A stretch of DNA of 64,000 nucleotides, taken from NCBI GenBank assembly GCA_965237525.1, contig CBDEFO010000007.1, forward strand, positions 352,001 through 416,000, given 5' to 3'. Shown piece by piece: positions 52,652-62,308 of the stretch. Below the pieces are notes generated by a model. That model searched no databases. It saw only the letters and a list, made by a program, of their open reading frames with translations, and was not told where the DNA came from. The DNA is from Candidatus Latescibacterota bacterium (GTDB lineage: Bacteria; Latescibacterota; CBDEFO01). The translations under genes and the position numbers were made by a program. The number at the start of each line of letters is the position of its first letter. The first letter of the stretch is position 1.

Positions 52652-54172
52652 GAAGCCTTGTGAAAAACCCTTAGATTCAGAAAGTAGTATAGAACAAGCA
52701 TTGATAAAGCAGCTCCGATGTATTATATTATGTTATTGATAATATTATACATGGAGGAAACAATGACCCCACAAGAGCAGGAACAGACAAATCCGATGTT
52801 TCACTATTTTCAGATGGAGGATTTAGTTCCCGAGGATCATATCCTTCGTCAGATTGATGAGGCAGTTGATTTTTCATTTGTACGAGACGTTGTATCAGAT
52901 TGTTATTGCCCTGACAATGGCAGACCCGGTATTGATCCTGAATTAGTTGTTCGAATGATCCTTATTGGCTATCTGTATAATTTGAGTGAGAATCGGCTCT
53001 GTCAGGAAGTGGGGATGCATGCGGCATATCGGTTGTTTTGTCATCAGACATTTGAGGATGCGGTTCCGGATAGGAGCACGATCAACAAGCTTCGCAATCA
53101 CAAGTGGGCATCCAGTGGGTTGTTTGAACGGATAATGCGTCAGGTAGTCCAGTGTTGCATAGATGTCGGTCTTGTGAGCGGTAAACACCTTAGTGTCGAC
53201 GGCACTCAGATACAAGCTGATGCTTCAGTGAAAAGTATTGAGCCGATAGAACCCCCTTTTTCTCTTGATGATTATCTCAAGGGAATCGGTTTTGAAGGTG
53301 ATAAGACAAAGGGTAGGTCCGGGCATCCTCAGGATAAAGACTTTCATGGTGAAAAGTGGACGAACCAAACACACCGTTCGACTACAGACCCCGACGCGCG
53401 CTTATACAGCAAATCGAAGGGCAAAGGGGCTTTTCTCTCGTTTATGGGCCATGATCTGATCGACACAAAAAGCAGAGTAATCCTTGAGACTCAGGGCACG
53501 CAGGCGACAGGGACAGCAGAGCCCGAAAGTGCCCTTAAGATGGTAGATGACCTTGAAACATACACCATGCCCAAAGACATTCAGACACTTAGTGCCGATA
53601 CCGGTTACGGTTCTGGTAATTTTATCGCTGATGTACTTGACCGGGGAATCATACCCCATATTCCTCTGCGAGCCGATGAGAGGATTGAACCGATTCCTAC
53701 ATGGAAAAACAAGACAAATTCAGCACATATTCAGGCCGAACGGGATAGAAAAGTGCGAGAGGCGAAAGCCAGAAATCATGCACGGTCTATCTCATTAACA
53801 GCTGACTACAAACTCTCCCGGAGACTCCGTAAACGCAGTGAACATATCTTTGCTGAAGCCAGGCAACAATACGGTATGGGACGAGCCCGTTACAGAGGAC
53901 CAGCCTCACTGAATGAACAGTTGAATCTTGTTGCAACAGTACAGAATCTCAAGAGGCTTGTATCTTTCATAAGAAGGGGGAAAGCGTCTATGTGTGCCCT
54001 GTCTGTCAAAGACAGTGCATCCTGTTCTTCAAACAGCTCCTGTTCCTTGCTGACCAGAACTCTGATAAGACTATTTTGCTTATTCCACAGCAAAACGATA
54101 CGATATGCTACTCTTTGACCCATAATCGGCGCTTCAGACGCTGCCTGGGACATAACTATTTCACAAGGCTTT
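52652..54172 (+). mobile_element. IS1182-family insertion sequence, copy 3 (1521 bp)
   Basis: Near-identical to copy 1; same IRs; TA/TTA duplication. Confidence 0.92.
52718..54118 (+). CDS. IS1182-family DDE transposase
   Basis: Differs from 27653-29053 at a handful of residues. Confidence 0.9.
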   Translation: MYYIMLLIILYMEETMTPQEQEQTNPMFHYFQMEDLVPEDHILRQIDEAVDFSFVRDVVSDCYCPDNGRPGIDPELVVRMILIGYLYNLSENRLCQEVGMHAAYRLFCHQTFEDAVPDRSTINKLRNHKWASSGLFERIMRQVVQCCIDVGLVSGKHLSVDGTQIQADASVKSIEPIEPPFSLDDYLKGIGFEGDKTKGRSGHPQDKDFHGEKWTNQTHRSTTDPDARLYSKSKGKGAFLSFMGHDLIDTKSRVILETQGTQATGTAEPESALKMVDDLETYTMPKDIQTLSADTGYGSGNFIADVLDRGIIPHIPLRADERIEPIPTWKNKTNSAHIQAERDRKVREAKARNHARSISLTADYKLSRRLRKRSEHIFAEARQQYGMGRARYRGPASLNEQLNLVATVQNLKRLVSFIRRGKASMCALSVKDSASCSSNSSCSLLTRTLIRLFCLFHSKTIRYATL

Positions 54173-54976
54173 TAAGTCGATAGGAAATATAGGAGTGGGC
54201 GCGAAGGTGAAGTTGAGAGGCTTTGAGGTGGGAAAGGTCAAGCAAGTTGAGTTTTATCCTGAACCGCAAAAAGAGGGTGTCTTTTTTGTGGTAGAGTTGG
54301 CTATCAAGAACGAATATCCTGTTATTGAGGGAACAGTGGGAGAGGTTAAGGGAGGGGGGATTGTGGGCGATAGTTTTATAAATTTAGACGTTTCGAGTCA
54401 GGGGCACCTGCCGTTTAAGGCCGGTGCTACTGTGAAGGGTAAGGAAGCTCTAGATACCGGGACACTTATGGCCAAGGCAGTCACTATGCTGGAGAGGATG
54501 ACTGAAATGTCAGAGAGGATAAGGGACGCAGAAATTGGGGGTAGATTCAAGAAGTTTGTGGAGGTAGTTCACAAGATTTCAACAGATGTGGAGGGTTTGA
54601 GCAAGGACGCCCAGTCTATGCTCACAAGGAGCGAGTCCCTAATTGCGACCGTGGAGCCGGGCCTTAAGAAGTCTATAGATAAGTTGAATGAAGACCTGGA
54701 TTACTCGAAGGAGACGTTGACGAGTCTGAACGAAATATTAGGTGACAACAGTGAGAACATAAAGGATGCGCTGGAGGCTCTCCAGAGGAGTTTGAATCAG
54801 ATGGAGAAGTTGATGTCCAATCTGGACAATCTAACTGTAGAAAATAGAGCGCAAATAGATTCGACGCTCAAAAACATGGAGGATATTTCGGCGTCTTTCA
54901 AGGATGTGGCGAGGCATCCGTGGAAGATCATATTCGGGGGTGTGAAGGGAGGACAAGGGGACAGTCGTCAGTAGCT

Positions 54977-55014
54977 CCCGATTGAACCCCCAATTGAATC
55001 TATTGGGGGGCGGG
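54977..55014 (-). repeat. Nested pair of 19-bp micro-elements
   Basis: Inner CCCAATTGAATCTATTGGG (54989-55007) within a degenerate outer copy. Confidence 0.7.
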
Positions 55015-55077
55015 GGTAGACAGGCAAAGGCAGTAGGGGAGAACCTGTGTGTTTGCCCAGATGAAAGGAGACAAACG

Positions 55078-55815
55078 TTGTTCAAATCCAGAGTTCCGGT
55101 CTTTGATGGAAATGTGGCTTTGGGGAGGAGGCACGATGCGAGGGTGAGCGTGGACACCCCGGAGGGTCTTCTGATGGTTATGGAAAGACTTGGAATAGAT
55201 AAGGCATTAGTTTACAATCCCTATGGGGTTACATACGATAGCGTTAAGGGGAATAGAGAGATTCTGAAAACCGTTGAGGGGTTTTCAGAGCTTGTGCCTC
55301 AGTTTGTAGCCAATTTCCCAGCTGAGTCATTTGAGGATTTTAAGGAAGGTGTTAAGGATAAAGGGATAAAGAGTCTGAGGGCATACCCAAAGACACACAC
55401 GTATCCATTCGTGTCGTGGATGGTGGGGGATTGGATGGAGTGGATAGAGGATGAGGGGATAGCCTTATGGCTCCCAATTGATGAGGTGGACATCAAGGAC
55501 CTCTATGAGATGGCAAGGGCGCATCCGGCGATAAACATAGTGCTGGTGGGGGTGCATTACACCCACCAAATTGTGATTTTTGGAATGATGGAGCACTTAC
55601 CGAATCTCTACGTGGAACTTTCACGGTATTACGTTATGGAACCTGTCGAAAGATTTGTGAGCAGATTCGGTTCCCAAAGGTTGATATTCGGCTCGGGCTC
55701 CCCTGACATGGACGGAGGGGCGTATCTTTATTATCTGAACAACTGCGGGCTATCTGACAACGTTTTGAGGGCTATCTGCCGGGATAATCTGGAGGTTCTT
55801 CTAAATGGCGATTGA
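55078..55815 (+). CDS. Amidohydrolase_2 family protein with degenerate metal motif
   Basis: FDGNV (in place of DxHxH), PNLYVELS and RLIFGSGSP; AGGAG RBS before TTG 55078. Confidence 0.75.
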   Translation: MFKSRVPVFDGNVALGRRHDARVSVDTPEGLLMVMERLGIDKALVYNPYGVTYDSVKGNREILKTVEGFSELVPQFVANFPAESFEDFKEGVKDKGIKSLRAYPKTHTYPFVSWMVGDWMEWIEDEGIALWLPIDEVDIKDLYEMARAHPAINIVLVGVHYTHQIVIFGMMEHLPNLYVELSRYYVMEPVERFVSRFGSQRLIFGSGSPDMDGGAYLYYLNNCGLSDNVLRAICRDNLEVLLNGD

Positions 55816-56563
55816 CGGAGCTAAGGTCATAGATTTTCACTGTCACATAGGCACCTGGCAGCGCTTGTGTATGTACGACGATCTGGAGGATATGATAAGG
55901 GTTATGGATTCTGCCGGGGTAGATATGGCGTGTCTCTTTAACAACTTCCGGGGGAATGCTAGTTTCGGGAACGATGAAGTAGCCAAAGCTGTGGAGCGCT
56001 ATCCGGACAGGTTCATAGGGTTTGCTTTCGTGACTCCGCACTACCCTGAGGAGGTGGAAAACGAGCTACTTAGGGTGATCGATAGACTCAAAATGAGGGC
56101 GATAAAGATATATCCTCCGTATTTTGGGAGGTCTGTGGAGGATCCCGCATGGGAAGGGATATTCAAGTTTGCAAATGAAAGGGGTTTAACGATTATATCG
56201 CACACAGATGTTACTGGCGGTCCCAGTAATCCGTCTTTCTTCGTGCCGTTAGCCCAGAAATATAAGAATGTAAAGTGGGTGTTGGGACATGCGGGCGTGA
56301 CTCCCCCAGGGAGAATTGAGGCCATAGAGGCGGCGAGAAAGTGTTCAAATATCTATCTTGAGATATGTTCGTCTTACAGCACTTTCGGGTCTGTGGAATT
56401 CCTCGTAAACGGAGCGGGGGAGGATAGAGTGTTGTTTGGGTCTGACATGCCTCTTATGGATCCGAGGATACATTTAGGGAGGGTTATGACCGCTGATATA
56501 TCTGAGAAGTCAAGACACAAGGTGTTAGGAGAGAATTCCTTAAGGCTTCTAGGTCTTAGCTGA
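55805..56563 (+). CDS. Amidohydrolase_2 family protein, copy 1
   Basis: IDFHCH, LGHAG and RVLFGSDMP. Confidence 0.9.
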   Translation: MAIDGAKVIDFHCHIGTWQRLCMYDDLEDMIRVMDSAGVDMACLFNNFRGNASFGNDEVAKAVERYPDRFIGFAFVTPHYPEEVENELLRVIDRLKMRAIKIYPPYFGRSVEDPAWEGIFKFANERGLTIISHTDVTGGPSNPSFFVPLAQKYKNVKWVLGHAGVTPPGRIEAIEAARKCSNIYLEICSSYSTFGSVEFLVNGAGEDRVLFGSDMPLMDPRIHLGRVMTADISEKSRHKVLGENSLRLLGLS

Positions 56564-56602
56564 GGATCTATTACAAATGCAAATAAAGTTTCTCCACACT
56601 TT

Positions 56603-56845
56603 GTGATTTTTGGAATGATGGAGCACTTACCGAATCTCTACGTGGAGCTTTCACGGTATTACGTTATGGAACCTGTCGAAAGATTTGTGAGCAGTTTCGG
56701 TTCCCAAAGGTTAATATTCGGGTCGGGCTTCCCTGAGATGGATGGAGGGGCGTATCTTTATTATCTGAACAACTGCGGGCTATCTGATAACGTTTTGAGG
56801 GCTATCTGCCGGGATAATCTGGAGGTTCTTCTAAATGGCGATTGA
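56603..56845 (+). pseudogene. Duplicated 3' fragment of the first amidohydrolase
   Basis: Repeats the last ~80 aa of 55078-55815. Confidence 0.85.
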
Positions 56846-57593
56846 TGGAGCTAAGGTCGTAGATTTTCACTGTCACATAGGCACCTGCCAGCGCTTGCGT
56901 ATGTACGACGATCTGGAGGATTTGATAAGGGTTATGGATTCTGCCGGGGTAGATATGGCCTGTCTCTTTAACATCCACCGGGGGAATGCTAGCTTCGGCA
57001 ACGATGAAGTAGCCAAAGCTGTGGAGCGCTATCCGGACAGGTTCATAGGGTTTGCTTTCGTGACTCCGCACTACCCTGAGGAGGTGGAAAACGAGCTACT
57101 TAGGGTGATCGATAGACTCAAAATGAGGGCGATAAAGATATATCCTCCGTATTTTGGGAGGTCTGTGGAGGATCCCGCATGGGAAGGGATATTCAAGTTT
57201 GCAAATGAAAGGGGTTTAACGATTATATCGCACACAGATGTTACTGGCGGTCCCAGTAATCCGTCTTTCTTCGTGCCGTTAGCCCAGAAATATAAGAATG
57301 TAAAGTGGGTGTTGGGACATGCGGGCGTGACTCCCCCAGGGAGAATTGAGGCCATAGAGGCGGCGAGAAAGTGTTCAAATATCTATCTTGAGATATGTTC
57401 GTCTTACAGCACTTTCGGGTCTGTGGAATTCCTCGTAAACGGAGCGGGGGAGGATAGAGTGTTGTTTGGGTCTGACATGCCTCTTATGGATCCGAGGATA
57501 CATTTAGGGAGGGTTATGACCGCTGATATATCTGAGGAGGCAAGACACAAGGTTTTGGGAGAAAATGCCTTAAGGCTTCTGGATCTTGGCTGA
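56835..57593 (+). CDS. Amidohydrolase_2 family protein, copy 2
   Basis: Near-identical paralogue of 55805-56563. Confidence 0.9.
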   Translation: MAIDGAKVVDFHCHIGTCQRLRMYDDLEDLIRVMDSAGVDMACLFNIHRGNASFGNDEVAKAVERYPDRFIGFAFVTPHYPEEVENELLRVIDRLKMRAIKIYPPYFGRSVEDPAWEGIFKFANERGLTIISHTDVTGGPSNPSFFVPLAQKYKNVKWVLGHAGVTPPGRIEAIEAARKCSNIYLEICSSYSTFGSVEFLVNGAGEDRVLFGSDMPLMDPRIHLGRVMTADISEEARHKVLGENALRLLDLG

Positions 57594-58965
57594 GGATCTA
57601 TTACAAATGCAAATAAAATTTCTCCACACTGCCGATATTCACATCGGCGTAGAAAATCACGGGCTGATAGATCCTTCTACGGGTCTCCATACCAGGACGC
57701 AGGACTTTGAAAAGTGCTTGGATTTTGTGTATGAGAAGGGCATGGAGGAGGAGATCGATCTGGTGGCCTTTTCGGGAGACGCTTATAAGAACTGCCATCC
57801 CAGTCCGACTCATCAAAGGATCTTTGCTTCGTTTGTTAAGAAGTTCAGCGGTGCGGGCGTTCCTTTTGTGATGGTCGTGGGGAATCATGATATTCCTGGA
57901 GCCTTTGGGAGGGCGACTTCTATTGATATTTTTGGGACTTTGGGGATTTCAAAGGTGTCTGTGGCGACCAGTCCAAGGATCTTTAATATCGAGACAAAGT
58001 CCGGGCCTATTCAGGTCGCGTGTCTGCCTTGGCCCACTCAGAGCCGTCTTATGACAAAGGACGAATATAGTGGGCTGTCTTCTTTTGAGATTACCAGGGA
58101 GATTGAGAGCATATGCGCGGACATTGTTGAGAAATTTGCTGATGAATTGGACAAGCGAATTCCATCTGTGCTCCTAGCTCACGTGACTGCGGCTGACGCG
58201 GAATATTCGAAATCTGAAAGGACTGCGGTGATAGGAAGAGATCCTACGCTCTTGACAAGTGTTCTGACAAATAGTCAGTTCGATTACGTGGCTTTGGGGC
58301 ACATACACAAATTCCAGGATTTGAATCCAAGGGGAAGGCCCCACGTTGTGTATCCGGGGAGCGTCGAGCGCGTGGACTTCGGCGAGGAGAAGGAGGAAAA
58401 GGGATTCTGTCTGGTGACTATAAAAGATAAGAGCCAAAGGCCTGGCGTCAGAACTAAATCGGAGGATGAGAATCTTTCTCTTTTTTCGGCGGTTTCCCGT
58501 GAGAAGAAAGATAACGGACCTTTGGAAAGGGAGGTGAGATATGAGTTTATAGAGACTCCCGCAAGACCCTTTGTGACCATCATATCTGATGTGAAAAAGG
58601 GGGAAGACCCGACTCAGGTTATCTTAAGAGAGATAAAAAAGCACGACCTTAAGGATGCTGTTGTGAGGGTTCTTTACACTGTGTACGAGGACGTCATAGG
58701 TTCTGTGGATTATAGGGCGATAGATAAGGCTTTAAGGGACACTGGCGCTTTCTACGTTGCAGGGATCATTCCGAAAGTTGACATCCCTGAGAGGATCAGG
58801 AGGTCTGAGGTGTCCGAGGAGTTAGGCGTCCAGGAAGCTCTGGATAAGTACATTGACAACACTCCTGAGTTTGAACCTTTTCGTAAGGAATTAAAAAAGT
58901 ACGCCGCCCAGTTAGAGGCTGAGCTTGAAAGACAGGGTGAAAATGTAGACAGCAGCTCCCGATAG
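57586..58965 (+). CDS. sbcD: Exonuclease SbcCD subunit D (Mre11 family)
   Basis: LHTADIHIG, SGD, VGNHD, YVALGHIH and YPGS..R.DFGE. Confidence 0.93.
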   Translation: MAEDLLQMQIKFLHTADIHIGVENHGLIDPSTGLHTRTQDFEKCLDFVYEKGMEEEIDLVAFSGDAYKNCHPSPTHQRIFASFVKKFSGAGVPFVMVVGNHDIPGAFGRATSIDIFGTLGISKVSVATSPRIFNIETKSGPIQVACLPWPTQSRLMTKDEYSGLSSFEITREIESICADIVEKFADELDKRIPSVLLAHVTAADAEYSKSERTAVIGRDPTLLTSVLTNSQFDYVALGHIHKFQDLNPRGRPHVVYPGSVERVDFGEEKEEKGFCLVTIKDKSQRPGVRTKSEDENLSLFSAVSREKKDNGPLEREVRYEFIETPARPFVTIISDVKKGEDPTQVILREIKKHDLKDAVVRVLYTVYEDVIGSVDYRAIDKALRDTGAFYVAGIIPKVDIPERIRRSEVSEELGVQEALDKYIDNTPEFEPFRKELKKYAAQLEAELERQGENVDSSSR

Positions 58966-59002
58966 TCCCCGATAGGTTCACTCGGGGATAGGTTCAATCG
59001 GG
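58958..59002 (+). repeat. Nested pair of 19-bp micro-elements; supplies the sbcD stop codon
   Basis: Inner CCCGATAGGTTCACTCGGG at 58968-58986 in GTC^GAT context. Confidence 0.8.
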
Positions 59003-59196
59003 GGTAGACAGGAGCACCTTCTCCCTCCGTATACTGCGTAGTGCAGGGGTTGGGTTACCCAGCCCTCGGGGCGACCACTTCGTGCTTGTTGCCTCCACTC
59101 TCCTGCAAGGCAGGAAGTGCGCTGACCCCTTCAAATGTGCTATTTTTTGCTTTGTTAATCTTACCGACTGCTACTCTAAAGGGATAGTATATCACC

Positions 59197-62100
59197 ATGA
59201 TTCCTGTTAAGTTGTCATTGAGAAATTTCCTGAGTTACGGGGAAGATGTGCGCCCTTTAGATTTTTCAGGGTTTCATGTTGCGTGCCTTTCTGGGGAGAA
59301 CGGTCACGGAAAGTCAGCGCTTTTAGATGCTATGACCTGGTCTCTCTGGGGCCAAGCCAGAAAATCCAGAAGTAGGGGCGCAAACGAAGGCTTATTGAAG
59401 ATCGGTGCGTCTGAGATGAGGGTGGAATTTGAGTTCGATCTTGAGGAGCAGAGATTCAGAGTGATAAGATCCTTCAGGAGGGGAAAAGGGAGCGGGCGTC
59501 CGAGTTTGGAGTTTCAGGTCTATGATAACGATAAGGGCAAATACAGGGTCCTTTCCGATGTGTCGTCCATGAGAAGGACACAGGAGGAGATAGATGATGC
59601 TCTAAAGATGGATTACGATACGTTCATAAACTCTGCGTTTATACTTCAAGGACGGGCTGATGAGTTTACGAGGAAGACCCCGACAGAGAGGAAACAGATT
59701 CTGGCAGACATTCTAGGTCTCTCCAAGTACGATCTTCTCTGGGAGCTGTCGAGGTCTCACTATAATAAGTTGGATAATGAGATAGAAGGTTATTGTAGGG
59801 AGTCTCAAAGGATCGATGAGGAGCTTTCGCACAAGGATCTTTATAAAGAACAAATTGACGGGCTGACAGTCAGACTGTCGGAGCTGTCCAGAGGTATTGA
59901 GTCTCTGGAGAAGGTGTTTTCAGAACTTCGGGAAAAAAAGGGGGATCTAGAAAGGAAGCGAGAACAGGTAGAGGATTTGGAATCTGAACTTGACAGAATC
60001 CAGGACGAGATTGATGACATAAAGGGACAGATAGATTCATCCAGCGATCAGATCAGTGAATATGAGAAGATAATATGCAAAGAAGATGAGATTAAGAGTG
60101 ATATCTCCACGTACAATAGATTGATGGATCAGGAAAGAGAGTTTACCCAAAGACTTGGTAGGCTGAGAGATCTGGAATCTCGGAAAGCGGATGTCGATAG
60201 GAAGGTCGAAGAGGCAAAACATGAGGTTGAAAAGTGCAGGAATCTGTGGGAGGAGAGGCTCGGTTCAGCGGAAAACGTTTTAGATGAGGCAAAGGAGATT
60301 TTGAAGAGGGAAAAGGAGATTGCGAATGGGTATAAAGAGTTGATGAAGTCCAGGCGAGAAAATGAGAAGATGGAGGGTCTGAGAAGGAGTCAAGATGAGC
60401 TGCTAAAGGCGGAGCTGGAGATTCAAAGGAAAATCGAGAAGCTTAAGTCCGGGCTCGAGGTGGAGCTCGGGACCTTAAGGAATCAGATTACGGAATTGGA
60501 TAGTAAAGCAGATGCCCAAGAGCATCTCAAAGGGAGGTTGGAAAAGATCAGGCAGGAATTGGAACGCTTAGAGGTTTTAGAAAGTGAAAGTGAGAATATA
60601 AGGGATAAGGGCAGCGAATTGAACGTCAAGATAGATGGAGACATAAAGGGGGTCCAGGATTTGGAGAAGGAGATAGCGGAGGAGAACGATAAACTGGATC
60701 TGATCAAGGAGAGCCAAGATAGTTCCTGTCCGCTGTGTGAAAGCCATATAGATGAGGAAAAAAGGGAGAATATCGTAAGGAAGATGGAGGAGAAGATTGA
60801 AAAGGTGAAGGCGGAGATTGCGGTCATACAGGGGGAGTTAGAGGAGGATGAGAAAGAAAGATCGGAACTTAGGAGAAAGTATAGGGAGGCAAAGGAGGTC
60901 TTAGAGTCTCTGCCTTCGATCAGAAGCGGAGCGGCTCAGGCTGAGGCTTTGTTCAACGAAGCAGTCGAGGCTGAGGGTAAGATAGCAGAGCTTAAAGAAG
61001 ATGAGGAAGCGGTGCGAAGGAGGCTGGATGAGAGGGATTTTGCCCCAGAGGAGAGGGAGGATCTGGAGAAGGTGAAAAGACAGATCGAGAAGTTAGGTTA
61101 CAATACCCAAAAGCACGAGGAGATCGGGGAGACTCTGCAAAAGTTGAAGGGTTATGAGGCAGAAAAGGCGCGTCTGGATTCGACTTTAGAACGATACAAC
61201 GCTGCAAAGGAGGCGATACCTGGGATAAAGGAGGAGATAAGGACTGCCAAGCTATATCTAGATGAAAAAAAGTACGCCGAAAAGGAGCAGAAGGAAGTTG
61301 AGAGGGTTTTGGACGAGATCCAAAAGGTCGAATACGACAAGCGTGAGCACGAAAAGATAAGACTAGAGTTGGATAGCCTAAGCCAGGCCCCCGTACAGGC
61401 TGAGAGGCTTAGGGATGCGCGGGATAAGATAGATGCGGTAAAAGAGGTACTGAAGATATTGGAGAAGAGATTTGAAGATAGGATGAAAAGACAGGATGAG
61501 ACCAAAGGGAATGTCAAAGGATTGAAAGTGGAGATAGCGGGTACAGTAGATGTGGAGCAGAAGATCTCAGGGATTGAAAAGACGCTTCGGGATTCCAGAG
61601 TAAATAGGGAGAAGCTCCTTGGAGAACAGGGCAGCGCTCAGGCGAGGTACGATAAGTGTCTTGAACTTGAGGAGGAGAAAAAGGAGGTTACTGAGTCTTT
61701 AAGGAAGGCACAAGAGGAGAGGGATATTTACGATAAGCTTAGAAGGGCCTTCGGAAAGGATGGGATTCAGGCTCTCATAATTGAGAACGCTATCCCTGAA
61801 ATTGAAGATGAGGCGAACGATATACTGTCAAGACTGACAGATAATAAGACGCATATCTCGATCGAGTCTCAAAGGGGTCTAAAATCAGGAGGATTAAGGG
61901 AGACATTGGATATCAAGATCAGCGATGAGCTGGGGGAAAGGGATTACGAGCTTTACAGCGGGGGAGAGGCGTTCAGGACAAACTTCGCGCTGAGGATAGC
62001 CCTGTCAAAACTTCTGGCCCGGAGGGCGGGAACAAAGCTACGGACTTTAGTGATAGATGAGGGTTTCGGGACGCAGGATTCGGAGGGATTAGGACATCTG

Positions 62101-62244
62101 GTTGGAGCCATAGATAAGATAAGTAAGGATTTCGACAAGATACTTGTGGTTACGCATTTAGAGGAGTTGAAACGGGCTTTTCCCGTCAGGATTGAAGTGA
62201 GAAAAAATGCTCGATCTGGATCGGAATTCGAGATCGTTACTTGA
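59197..62244 (+). CDS. sbcC: SbcC/Rad50 SMC-family ATPase
   Basis: Walker A GENGHGKS, long coiled coil, CPLC zinc hook, YSGGE signature and Walker B IDEGFG. Confidence 0.93.
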   Translation: MIPVKLSLRNFLSYGEDVRPLDFSGFHVACLSGENGHGKSALLDAMTWSLWGQARKSRSRGANEGLLKIGASEMRVEFEFDLEEQRFRVIRSFRRGKGSGRPSLEFQVYDNDKGKYRVLSDVSSMRRTQEEIDDALKMDYDTFINSAFILQGRADEFTRKTPTERKQILADILGLSKYDLLWELSRSHYNKLDNEIEGYCRESQRIDEELSHKDLYKEQIDGLTVRLSELSRGIESLEKVFSELREKKGDLERKREQVEDLESELDRIQDEIDDIKGQIDSSSDQISEYEKIICKEDEIKSDISTYNRLMDQEREFTQRLGRLRDLESRKADVDRKVEEAKHEVEKCRNLWEERLGSAENVLDEAKEILKREKEIANGYKELMKSRRENEKMEGLRRSQDELLKAELEIQRKIEKLKSGLEVELGTLRNQITELDSKADAQEHLKGRLEKIRQELERLEVLESESENIRDKGSELNVKIDGDIKGVQDLEKEIAEENDKLDLIKESQDSSCPLCESHIDEEKRENIVRKMEEKIEKVKAEIAVIQGELEEDEKERSELRRKYREAKEVLESLPSIRSGAAQAEALFNEAVEAEGKIAELKEDEEAVRRRLDERDFAPEEREDLEKVKRQIEKLGYNTQKHEEIGETLQKLKGYEAEKARLDSTLERYNAAKEAIPGIKEEIRTAKLYLDEKKYAEKEQKEVERVLDEIQKVEYDKREHEKIRLELDSLSQAPVQAERLRDARDKIDAVKEVLKILEKRFEDRMKRQDETKGNVKGLKVEIAGTVDVEQKISGIEKTLRDSRVNREKLLGEQGSAQARYDKCLELEEEKKEVTESLRKAQEERDIYDKLRRAFGKDGIQALIIENAIPEIEDEANDILSRLTDNKTHISIESQRGLKSGGLRETLDIKISDELGERDYELYSGGEAFRTNFALRIALSKLLARRAGTKLRTLVIDEGFGTQDSEGLGHLVGAIDKISKDFDKILVVTHLEELKRAFPVRIEVRKNARSGSEFEIVT

Positions 62245-62246
62245 TG

Positions 62247-62284
62247 CCCAATCCCCGATAGACTTAATCGGGCATTCCATTGGG
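62247..62284 (+). repeat. Nested pair of 19-bp micro-elements
   Basis: Inner CCCGATAGACTTAATCGGG (62254-62272); removing it leaves a 19-nt CCCAATCCATTCCATTGGG. Confidence 0.75.
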
Positions 62285-62308
62285 GGGAAGCAAGGAGGAA
62301 AAGCGATC

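Larger units (their letters stand above)
52513..54974 (+). pseudogene. MlaD/MCE family protein split by IS1182 copy 3
   Basis: N-terminus ..DILVGGFVIVAIG..YPLFVEF rejoins KSIGNIGVGAKVKLRGFEVGKV when the IS plus one TA is removed. Confidence 0.85.
55571..57630 (+). repeat. 1030-bp tandem duplication (55571-56600 / 56601-57630)
   Basis: Both units start TTGTGATTTTTGGAATG and end TCTCCACACT. Confidence 0.95.

Noticed and set aside
57586..62244. SMC ATPase plus nuclease as a novel defence system
   Set aside because: Motifs and gene order match housekeeping SbcCD.
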